This document shows positions 40,401 to 51,560 of a stretch of DNA of 64,000 bases, one piece after another; position 1 is the stretch's first letter, and each line of letters begins with the position of its first letter. The stretch lies in contig JAYWIR010000021.1 in NCBI GenBank assembly GCA_036172245.1, positions 930,001 to 994,000 of the forward strand. Direction: 5' to 3'. A program made the translations under genes and the position numbers. The notes under the pieces were generated by a model. That model searched no databases and was not told the origin of the DNA. It saw nothing but the letters and a program-made list of their open reading frames with translations. This DNA is from Raillietiella orientalis (taxonomy: Eukaryota).

Positions 40401-41653
40401 GTTTTTCGACAGCAAAAGCTGCAATCCGTATTCCATAAGCAGTCTGTTTGCGATGTACTGCTACAGCAGCTGAATCTGTAGCAGATATGATGGTGCCTCG
40501 AAGAAGCACCAGCTTAGCGTTGTTTCGAAAGTCTGTTGATGTTGATGATCGCAAACCTGCGAGCAATAAATAAGGCTCGGCTGTTCCGAAGCCAGCTCAC
40601 TCAGCACCTCGGGCGGAACGCCTCCCTTTTCAAAGTGCGAACTCACGGAGGGACACTTTGCACGCAGGGACTCCGGAGCAGTGACGACGAAGAATCAAGC
40701 GATGCTGTGCGCACGCAGGGACTCCCACGCAGGCGGTCGGAGGAGAAACACTTGGACTGCACTCGTCTCACAAATGGCAGTCGCTCAAGAACTTTGCGAG
40801 GTGCACGCTGCCACGTTTGCGGAGCACCAGACGCGCGCATTCGTCTGGGCGGCCACCGTGGAAATGGCAGCAGATGGTCACGGGTTTCCCATTGGGCTAG
40901 GGGCCATCCTTCGAGGTCAGCAAGCAAGGTTCCCGTGGATAGTGAACCGAAACGATGCCCGCAAACTTGTTCAAGCATGTCTTATTCTCGCACGGTTACC
41001 GGGGGGAGCAGTGGTCGATGAACTGAGGATAACAGACCGGTTTCGGAACATTTTTTCTTGCATGGACAGAGAAGCTCCGTGTTGTTGTAGGACCAGCGGG
41101 AGGATGAGTCTGAAGGTTCCTGGGCTTAGAGCTGGACAGCATCAGAAAGTGCTAAAAAGCATTCTGCACCTGCTACGGTTTGACGAGGCATTTTATTCCA
41201 AGTACGTGGTTGCCGGAGCTGATTTCACAGAGAAACCCAGTGTAAAAACAACGCCATCAGACGCTGCGACTTGAGAGTCGAGGAAGAAGTTGTCGATGCA
41301 TAGCAGGCACCCTTCAAGTCTTATAGTTAAGCTCCAGGAGGTCCTCTCACCGGCGTTTGCCTAGGTGAGAGGGCCTATCGCATCAGTTAACGGATCCCTT
41401 ATGGTCAAGGTTTGTCTCCTGCACCAAGGGGTACAGGAGACCTCACCTCGCCGTCTTCTTACTGTTGCTCCTGCAGCTTGAAGCGCGCAACATTCCGAAC
41501 AAGAAAGCGCAGGCTGAAGCGAGGAGCCTCTTCGCGCTCTGGGATGCGTTTCCAAGAGTTCGTTTCCTGAGGAGGTGCAATCGCTACCTAATGATTTCCT
41601 TTGCTTCCGTTAATTTCGTGCAGGTCCTCACTGACTCCTGCTGCCATGCGCGG

Positions 41654-41696
41654 TAATTAGAGGTCATGCAGACGATCCCTGCATGACCTCTAATTA
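41654..41696. repeat. Perfect 18-bp inverted repeat with 7-nt loop
   Basis: TAATTAGAGGTCATGCAG - ACGATCC - CTGCATGACCTCTAATTA. Confidence 0.95.
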
Positions 41697-43399
41697 AGAC
41701 CACGATCCGCTTGCTTGGGAAGCACCAAAGCTTTCTTTTCTCAGTGGATAGAAGGTGGAGGCAGGATAGTCTTCCTTACCACTCAGACGTCCAAGATTCC
41801 GATCTTCAGGAAGACACCAGTGTCCTGTCTTACCTTTCGCTGCCAGCTCTTCCTTAACAGGAGCAAGTTGGATTTGCCCCTTCCTGATGATCAGAACGCC
41901 AAATTCTGCATTCTGATGGGAGGCCACTATGTTTTGTTAGGTGGATCTTTGACTTTGCAGTGCCTTCGGCAATATATTTTGCTTCGATGCTAAGGAGGAA
42001 AACCAAAAGGGAAGACTTACGAATTCCACAAAGGCTTCGCACCCAAGCGCAGCTCGCTCCAAATGAAAAAGCCTTCTCTCTAAGAATGGAGCGAGTGCGC
42101 CACCTGACCTTTTAAACTGACTAGACTATGTAGACTCCTGCGATGCAGGAGCCACTCGAGGGTGCACCAGGATACTTGAAGTACCTGCTCATAGAGATAA
42201 CCAAGGGAATCCAGTCTCTCCATTCCCTCGGCGTCCCTACCTTAACGATAGCTGATTTCTGCCTGATTGATTCACACCTACTACCGCCATGTGGAGTAGT
42301 TCGAGGTGTTTCAGCGTAGCTGCAGAAGCTGACCCAGGTAAGAGTAGAAGCGGATCAATTAATATAAGTCGGCAGATTTGTTTGCAGAGACAGGAAGACG
42401 GCATGGATGCCCATGCGACTTCAGCACTATCTTAGGGCAAATGTTGAAGAGCATTATGCTCAACTTATCACCCTGTCGAGTGCCTCTCACCGGTACATCG
42501 TGCACATGATGACCGCCAAAAAGGATGTTAATAAACTCTCGGAGCCCTGAGAGCCTATCCGTGAGAGGAGAAGAGGTCCAGGAACTGCCGCTGGTGCACT
42601 GGTTTAGTTTTCAACTAGCAATAATCACGGCTCAGTCGCCTTCCTCGCCTATGATACTGCCCGTGCGCAAGGCTGGTTGCCTGAGTCGAAAGCCTCTTGT
42701 AGACCGGCTGCGACCACGAAGGCCTCCGGCTCTTCCCCTTCGGGGAATACCCCTGTAAAGGCAGCGTAGAGTTTCTCCATCCCTGAGGTGCCTTGAAGGC
42801 GATCTCCTGTTGCAGAGGACAGCAAGATTCCAAGAAGAACAAGTTGGCACCCACGCTTGACGTACGATGACGTCAGCGTGATCGGACACCAATCGCTCAG
42901 GCTGCGTCTCATCCCTTGGGGAGGAGACGTCTGCTGCCAAGTGGATGGAAGCGGCACCTCATGCCCCTCCTCCATCGGTGACGGTGACTGCAGCACAAGA
43001 GGGACGGTCCACTGCCTCAGAGAAACGCTGAAAGAAATCCGAGAGCAAGCCGTCTTGCTTGTCTCCTTCCGCCTGCTGAGCTTTCCGACGGCATCAGTGG
43101 ACTCTGCCATTGAGAAAAGCTCGTCAAGGCGCGCACGCGCCCCTCGTCCCTTATATTTTCAAAGACCAGTGACGGACTCACAAGGAGATCGTTACTATTG
43201 TCCTGGGATGATGGAAATCTTGTGAGTTTCCCTCCTATTTGCTTCTTCCTTCCCAGCTTCTGTTTTTTTTCCGGTTCGCTAAGCACTGAAGAACCGCTCA
43301 CCCCTAATGAGGCATCGAAGCGGATTTGCGATGCCGTCACAAGGGCTCACAAGGTTCTTTAACACTGTCATGCCACCCGAGGATGCGTGTAACTCGGTC

Positions 43400-43725
43400 A
43401 GGGGGAAACCCCGTGGGGATCGTCCCTATAATCCAAGAAGACCCCGAGGCTGGAGTCCCTTTTTACCCTTGCGAGGGAGGTAACCCCGGAGGGAGGTCTC
43501 CTCCCTAGTTACTTATGAAGGGAACTGCTCTCGATCTCCGAAGGGAATCCGGATAGGAACTGCTCCTTCGTTATTCCTCTGAAGAGAACCCCGGAGGGAA
43601 ACTTCCAATTTTCTCTGAAGGGCTTCCCCGAAGGGAGAATGCTTCTAACACATTAGAGAGAACCCCCCGAGGGGGAACCAACTCCACGGACACGATGGAG
43701 GACCCTCTGATGGGGGATCGACTTC
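43400..43725. repeat. Degenerate tandem repeat, ~36-40 bp period, core CCCCG(G/A)AGGG
   Basis: Recurrent motifs at about 43408, 43442, 43484, 43536, 43589, 43626 and 43663, often preceded by GAAG(A/G)G. Confidence 0.6.
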
Positions 43726-46700
43726 ATTACACGTACTGGAGGGGAATCTCGAAGCTTCATGATTTCTGGAAAGATTCCGGAGGATCCAGCCCCAGTTCCG
43801 GCTAGTCAGTAGGGGCATTCGCTCTCCAGTAAACATCAGGTCCATTCCCTATCCGGAGCCAGAGCCAAGCAGCGTGCTGCGAGGGTTCTCGGGACCCACG
43901 GCTTATACATTTTCGACGTCGATGCTTTAGAAGTATGCGAAACTGCCGCGCTTGTTGCCATCATGCTAAAGCCGTAGCCCCACGACCGCCTGCACGAATA
44001 CTCCGATGAGGTCCTCTTCCTCTTCCCCTATATGGAGAGCTCCATCGAGTAGCAACCCATACGCGAGACACCGATCTTTCAGCGACCGCCACTGATAAGG
44101 AAGAGTAAAAGCGATCCACGAGACGGAAGATGCCATCGTGTCCAAAGCGTCCCACGCCTCTCCCATCACTGCTCTGGGTTGTGTAGGTCAGAGCGGCGGT
44201 GTAGGCCGGTCCGGGTGGAGAGGCAGCGCATCAGTTCGTTAGTCGTCTGCCAAACCCTCATGGCAAGCAGGACGCAGAGAACCGAACGAAGAACCTCACG
44301 GATAGAGGCCTTGAGGTGATCTCAGTCCACGAGAACTGTCTGTAGTGAGGGAACGGAGGAAGGCGCGCAGTTTCTCCTCTGCCTCTGCGTCCCTCAGCCT
44401 GCCACCCGGGAGTAGAGACACCTGGGGCAGTGGACCCTTTTCCTTGCGGAAGCAGTTCTGGATCCAACACTTGGAATGCTCCGACAACCCTGATGCACCC
44501 GACCTCTTCTTCCCAATCGATAGTGCAGGTGGCCGTCCAAGAAGGCGTGGTCAATGTTGTAGTCCGTCCCTGGCTTTCAAGTCGGTCGTCTGCGATCCTG
44601 GGAGAGACTCCGTGTGCTCAGTGATCTTCGCGAACTTGATGGCTTGACGATGATGGCACCAAGTGTGCTACTCGAGGTCCCGCTCTGCCCAGCGCTGCTT
44701 CTTCAGAGCAATAGAGAACAGCTGACGGGTGCGGACAGGATCGACGTTACCGAACCATCTCAAGGCGAGGTTGTCAGCCGTCCCCATTCCGTCAAAGGTC
44801 GAAACATCTCGCATCACGTCCTCAAGCCGTCGTCCCACGAGGAACGCGATCCCCCTCCTTTGGAGGAGCGCACTTTCGGAGCAACTTTTCTTCCGCATCA
44901 TCCCCCGTGTCCGTCGCCTCACTCGACAGAGGGACAGGGACCAGGTGTTTTCTAGGAGGTGCGCTTTGCTCAAGCAGAATGACTGCCCAAAGCGCACCTA
45001 TTGGTGCTGTTGCGCATTCCCTTCCTGACGTTCTAAGAGGTGACGCTCAGGCGCAGCACAAAGGCGATCCCGCCCCTCATCACTGGGAATTTGACGAACT
45101 TGTTGGTTTCCTACTGCAACTCGAGGAAGCTTCCTTGCGTTCCCAGACGGATTCCGGAGCGAACACGGGAGGCCGGAATTTCACACTTGGGCTTCAGGTC
45201 AACGATTGCTTTTGGATTTTCGTTTTCCTCTTCTCTCACAAAAGCAGCTTGTTGGCATTGGTTCACTGCCCCCTTTCTTATGGGAAAAATGTGACTACGG
45301 CCTGCTGACTCACTTCCGGTTCGAGCTGTCTTATTCAGCGAACTTCATTCTTAAGGAGACTGAATTTGTTCCATAGCGAAAAAAGAGGATTCCTCGCAAC
45401 ATGAGGAATGGGTCTCAGATTCTTCATCATTAGGAGATAAGTATCTTGCATTGCATTGCTTTTTCTTGTCCATCGATGAAAGATGGAAGAGATGCAAGAA
45501 AAATGCAGTGCGTTTCAAGCCACGAAGGCCTGAAGCCGCGCATGTGCAGCATTGCAGATTTCTCACATCGTAATTTTCAGGTGAAGAGTAATGAAGTCGA
45601 ATCTTTTCCTGGCTGCCTTGCAGACCGTTCTTGCAGTGTCCTATCGGTTTTCTGGAACGGACAAACTCTCGGAAACATCGAGCCTCGCGTGCAGAATCTT
45701 CTTATCTCTTTTCAAATTTTTCCCGAACAGGGATGCCATCCTCTCGGCAGAATTTTTACGTCCTGCTCTCATCGCTTGAGCCAGGAGGATCTGCGCCTCC
45801 AAATATTCAATCTGCATCTTAGTTCCGAAGAATGGTAGCCACGGCATCTTGATTGTTTTTTCCTTGGTTGCAGGTTTCCTCTCCACCTTGCGCTCTTGTA
45901 GCAGGATGCATGTTCCAGAGAGCAGAGAATGTAGGTAGGGTTGTTTGGGCTTCCCGGTTTACGAAAAATTCCCACGAATCTGCAAAAACCGAGGAGATAA
46001 TGTGAAGCCCTTCGCAGGTACATCTCGACATGCTAGACGTATTCACTGCAGGCTCTCTGAAAATTCAGTTTTCACACTCTGTGATGCAAACCATGTATGC
46101 ACGATTGGCGGGTAGTTTTGGGACGGGAGCACTGAAAAAGGAAGGAATGGGATCGTGGTCAGGCTGACCCTAGATTTCGACATGGTCCAGAAAACATGGA
46201 AGGTGAAGGAGTATTCCCAGCAAAACATTTCCATCGAACGAAGCGCATTCAAGGAGATCCAGTCGAGGACATTTCTAGTCAACAGCAAGAGGAGAAACGC
46301 GAACGACGTCGTGGTCATGCTCCAGGAGTATCTGCAATGGAACAGGACATCATTGAAGCTGACGCAGGCACGAAGGAGATGCTGAAAATTCTAGACTTGG
46401 ATGAAATCCCTGGGATGCAAGTACCTCATCAAGCGGTACCCAGCTTCGACAAGATCATTGCGTACGAGATGATCGTGTGGCTGGAATAACCTGAGCGAGA
46501 CGACCCTCCCTTCTGTAATGAACGGGAAAACGGAGATTTGACTCTGCTAGGCTGAAGAAACTGTCACTTGGAAACTCGAATTCTTTGATGGATAATGGTT
46601 GTTACTCGGAGGAGGCATCCGTCGGAGAGAGTAATCGGGAACGTGGATCTTCCACGGGGAAAAAAAGGGTGCTCCTTCCCCCCTCCCTCCACAAACACAC

Positions 46701-49700
46701 ACAAAAAAAAGCATGAGCAGAAAAGAACTCGATGCACTCTCGATGCAAATGCACGGGAGAATGTGAAGAGCAAAAAATGGTCTGTTGGTTCCTTTCTTCC
46801 ATCTGTCTTTCTGGTACTTAGGGGGAAGAAATGCGTAGGATGCAAGCTCTTAGAACACAATGCTGCAAGAGCTCTTGCTCCTGGCAAGGCGTAGTAAAAA
46901 AAAAAAAAATTGCAGGGTCAAGCGAGAGGAAATTACAGGCAAGACATTGTGAGGAAGTGGCTCGTTGCGTTTTCTTTTCAAGAAACTCCTCCTTCTCTTA
47001 AGAGGCTGCCTCGAGCAAGGATCATTTCCAAGTCTTCTTTCAGGTTGCAAGCGCATGTAACCTCACAAACTGCTTAAGAACCTCAAACATCAGTAGCAAT
47101 CGAACCCGAGACGGAAGTAGGCATTCCATGATTCACAGCGAATCCCAGGACGCTGGTTAACGTGGTGCTGCTGTCGTGACAGTGCCGAGGTCCTGTCCGC
47201 TCCGAACTGCTGTCTTGACGCGAGCTGCGGGCGGTCCAAGTTTGCAATGTTTGCTTGACTCTGTACGAAAGATGGGGCGTTTTCCATATCTGGATTCTCT
47301 TCCTCCGGTCATGATGCGCGGCGGCGATGGAAATCTCCCAGCCTCCCTAGCCTATATCAGTGGGATCTTTCAGCTTTGCCCCGCTTGCATTGAAACGGAA
47401 TTATCTGGAGTTCAACCGTTCTCTGGGGGAATTCGCAATTGCGCAGGGATTTCTATGGACCGTTCCTCGGTTCACCACAGCGAAGGGGTGCACAAGCTAG
47501 GAGCAACTTACGCGCACCCTTCGGTCCATCTGCAGGATGGTGTTTGTGCAGAATATGCCGATGTGTGCTCATGCTCGCTTCGAGAAAGTTCCTTTCCTGT
47601 TCCGTTTTAATATTTGTCTGTAGACAGCAAGACCAAGTGACCTTTACGGATGCTGATGAGGATCCAAAACAGGGGGCCGCTGCTTGGGTACCGCTGCTTG
47701 GGCGCAGGTTGGCCAAGGGTGCCAAGTATCGCGCGACGATCGCTGACGTCTGTTAGTTTCGTTTCTACTCGTGGCCTTCAGGGACCTCGATTCTGCTGGG
47801 AGATGACACCTAAGCAACCGGAGGTCTTGCTTTGCTGAAGCTCCTCTTTCCGGAATTTTTCCGACACGCCCGTGATGCAAGCTGCATAGCTGGATGCAAG
47901 TGGGCTGCAATTCTTCCTTCTTTGCTGCTGCTGTTCAGCGAACCCGACACTTGGGATCACGGAGGACTGTTGAGCTCGTGCCTCCCCCCACGTGAAAGCA
48001 CTCGCAGAGAAGTTCTTGGATCGCAGACCAAATCTCCGTGACAGTGCAGTCGCTGGACAGAGAGAGCTGTTGCTTTGAGCGAGAGTTCCTCTACGCCCCC
48101 TTCCTGCCCATCATGTGGACCCTCGTAAGCTCGTTCCTCCAGAAGAAAGCTCTGCTCCGTAGATCTCTGCCTCACTGCATCCTACCGATTCAGAGTGGCC
48201 GATGTCCACTTTGATGCATGACCATCTGATTCGTACTTTCCCAGGAGTGAAAAGCTCGCAGCTCTGCTTCGGTCACACTCTCGGATACACTCCTGCTACT
48301 GCCGGGAGCATGAGACCTGGTTTCTAATCTTCAACACTGTGAGGCTGCAGATGTATCTTCCCAATCTTCCTTACCAAACAGATGCAGACGGATGCAAGCG
48401 ATTTTTGGCGAACCCACTGCACTGGGGCTTGCACAGCAGGTTTTCCTCACCAAAGGTTTCCGCAGTTTGATCCCGACTGCTGACGCAGATTTGGAACAGC
48501 ATGTTGCATGGCAGGGTGCTTGGCGCGAGTGCAGTCACGGAGACCGACCCTTCCATGGGTCCCCCCCCCCTCTTGTCCGCTCGCATGCAATGTCCAAGCG
48601 CATCCATGAAGACGGACTTCACGTGATGGAAGGTGGTGAGGCAACCCGGGGAGGATCGCCTGGAAAAGGAAAGAGAGAAGGACACGGACGTTTGCCGCAA
48701 GTGGAAGCTGGGATTGATAAAACGAACGTACCGATTTATCGAGCTGTCATCATCTTGACGGTATATTGCCGCTTTCAAGCCACCTCATAGACTGAATGAT
48801 GAGAAACCTCCCTTGCTTTCCAGCAAGAACGCTTCCAAGAGGGGGAAACGCTCCTTCTGGATATTCGAGGCATTGTGACAGCTGACTGAACACTGCTGTG
48901 TATTGAATTTGTTTCCTATTCTCCCCAAACGCAACCCAGCAGGAACTACAATAGATTGGTGGCTGAAATTCTAGGCAGCTCATCTCGATTCAGTCCACAT
49001 GCCCAGGTGCTGCCATATGAACTGAACCAAAACTCTTCTTTAGGATCCAGAATTCATCAGGATCCACGTACGATACGGCATGATTGTCACGAAGCTCCTC
49101 CCATAACGGAGAAAAAAAACAGAAACCATGACGACGAGGGATGCCTTGCGATTCGCGAGCGTGAAACCGCTGATTCATTCTTTTGGAGACGGGTCGGCTT
49201 GATGATCGCTCCCTGGCTTAACTGCTCAGGGATGGGGAGAAAGAATTCCGAGTGGTTATCGAAACAACAGCAACAACTCTTCTCCGTTTTTGAGGTATCC
49301 GTGCTTTCCCAAAGGCCACATGTGCACATCTCCCAGATGCAGGAATACGCACTTTCTCTTAGAGGGTCACGACACTCGTCTCATCGGCACTTTGAGGCGC
49401 AGCCGGACCGCGTTTAATCTGCTCCTGCCACCTTTGACACAATGTGAGCAGTGTTCGTATGGCAAGTGTTTTGATGCGTGTCAGCCGTCTGTAAAAAGCA
49501 TAAATCGACTGCGCCTCGACGAAGGCCCACTGCTTGCTGCTGATGTCCGAAAGGGAGTTTTCAAAACGCGGGTGACAATGCATGAAAATGTCGGACGTCC
49601 GAAAGAGAACGACTGCAGTCATTGCTTCTTCTTTCCATAAATGAAATGGAGATTGATTTGAAGAAGAAGACAGGCTCAAAAATGGCGCATGTATAAAAGA

Positions 49701-51122
49701 CAAGCTCTCGTGAGGATTCGTGGTGATGTCATCGGAATCTCGGGAGCCTGACCAGGCGGACGTCCAAGGTTCCATGAGTGAAAAGAGAAAACCCCTTCGG
49801 CGGAAGAGAGTCCTAAGGAAGGCTGTTCGCAGATCCACGAGTGCAGCTTGTGCTTTTCCTCCAATACGTTATCTAAACCTTGTTTCCGCCATCCCGAGAT
49901 GGTTGAAAGGCGAAACCATCAGATAGATGACTGCCTCATATCAGCGAACTTGGAATATGTGAGAGTTTCCTACATGCAAAGGGGGAAATTGTCAGATATT
50001 AAGGTCGATTTTTTTCCACATCCTGTGAGTGACACATGTGACCTATTGATGCAAAGTACACGCGAGTTTCTTCTTCAGCAGGGCCCAAGCATCCACTCAG
50101 CATACTTCTCTGTTTACTTTGTTCGGTGGAGGATTTTGGTAAGTGTTTGCGCATATGAAATATGGAAATCCACAAACCTCAATCATATCTTATGTCTGCC
50201 AATTCCACTGTTGCTAACATTGTGATCGCAATAAAAGCAGTTTGCATGCTTTCTGCGATTGGTATCCATCGATGGTAGAAACTGCAAAGCCACGTAAGCC
50301 ACGCAACGATAGCTTCTCTACCTTGAAGCATTTAGACCTATACAAAGCTGCAATGCGTTTGAAAGTCTTCCGTTGGCTCCGTTTTCTTCCCGAATCGTGA
50401 GCAGGAAGCAAAGTTGCCGGAGCTACATCCACATCTAAGAAGCAGTCCGGAAGAGGAAAAATAACCGCTCTGGCGCATTTAGGCAGGAAGAATGACAAAT
50501 GGAGGATGTAAAGCACGTTGCAGATAAGCAAACAGTCCAGCGATTGGAATGGAACACCATCTTCCCAAACGATTTTCCTGGTCTTCTTCTTTCTGTTGGA
50601 AGTGTTGAGATAGTTCAACTTGCGAAAAATCCGGAAGTTGCAACGACAGTATTGTCCCAGACCGCTGTGATGTGATACTCATTAGACTGTCAAGTAACGG
50701 TATACAGAGTCCTTGCTGCCAGCCGTTCTGGCGGCTGGTAGTCCACTTCCTCTTTGAGAATGGTATACTTCTCCCTGATAAAGTTGCCAGATTCTTCTAT
50801 CTTATCGAAAATATCCTGGCATTTGTGCTTTGTGTAGAGTTCGAGATTCAACTCCAATTTGAGCGCTTGCTGTCATCATTCTGCGCAACTCTGCGCGGAA
50901 CCATTAAGACCCCAAAATATAAAAAATTTCCTATTAACTCTGAGATTAATCGAATCTCTCACACCAGGTGTGCCTCTCAAAGTATGCACTTCCCCTCATC
51001 CAAAATTCCTGACATTCCGCTTTCGATTGAATACATATTCCGTCTTGCTTGCCAGTACAACTAATTTGAACGTTCAAACAAGGTAGGCAAAATGCAATTT
51101 CCACGACCATTTCTTGCCCTCT

Positions 51123-51150
51123 CACACACACACTATATATATATATATAT
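51123..51150. repeat. (CA)n(TA)n microsatellite, left flank of the 28S fragment
   Basis: CACACACACAC followed by TATATATATATATATAT. Confidence 0.95.
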
Positions 51151-51340
51151 TAGACCGTCGCGAGACAGGTTTGTTTTATCCTACTGATGAATGGTCGTTG
51201 CGATAGAAATCCTGCTCGGTACGAGAGGAACCGCAGGTTCGGACATTTGGTACACTTTCTTGGTCGAGCGGCCAGCGGAGCAAAGCTACCATCCGCCGGA
51301 TTATTCCTGAGGCAGAAATCTAAGGCAGAATCCCGTCAAG
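51150..51340 (+). pseudogene. 28S rRNA: 28S (LSU) rRNA 3'-region fragment including the sarcin-ricin loop; may extend to ~51420
   Basis: TTAGACCGTCGCGAGACAGGTTTGTTTTATCCTACTGATGA...CCTGCTCGGTACGAGAGGAACCGCAGGTTCGGACATTTGGT...AAGCTACCATCCG...TCTAAGGCAGAATCCCG follows the conserved eukaryotic LSU order. No other rDNA is in the window, and conserved positions are substituted. Confidence 0.93.
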
Positions 51341-51421
51341 CCCGGGCAAGCGAAAACCTCGTGTGCCCCCCCTTCGAGCAGCGCGCGCGCGCTTTCGTAA
51401 TCCGGATCGTATCGAGCATCC

Positions 51422-51452
51422 TATATATATATATATAGCTTGTGTGTGTGTG
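51422..51452. repeat. (TA)n-GCT-(TG)n microsatellite, right flank of the 28S fragment
   Basis: TATATATATATATATA GCT TGTGTGTGTGTG, an imperfect reverse complement of 51123-51150. Confidence 0.95.
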
Positions 51453-51536
51453 GCAGCCTTGATATTCGATGTAGGCCAATTCATACCCGGACCTCGTATT
51501 GGCCGAATGTTGGCCGCGTGTGGAAAAAATGTGGAC

Positions 51537-51560
51537 TTTCACGAATTTAAATTCGTGAAA
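51537..51560. repeat. Perfect 24-bp palindrome
   Basis: TTTCACGAATTT|AAATTCGTGAAA. Confidence 0.95.

Noticed and set aside
43575..43610. CTGAAGA...GAAAC resembling a hammerhead ribozyme core
   Set aside because: The stem II closing pair and stems I/III cannot be formed.
43500..44055. Several in-frame TAG stops suggesting codon reassignment
   Set aside because: Nearby frames also end in TGA or TAA, and COX7C uses TAG as a true stop.
45040..45100. RRSTKAIPPLI resembling the THADA RRSAG(I/L)P motif
   Set aside because: Weak match with no supporting flanking motifs.
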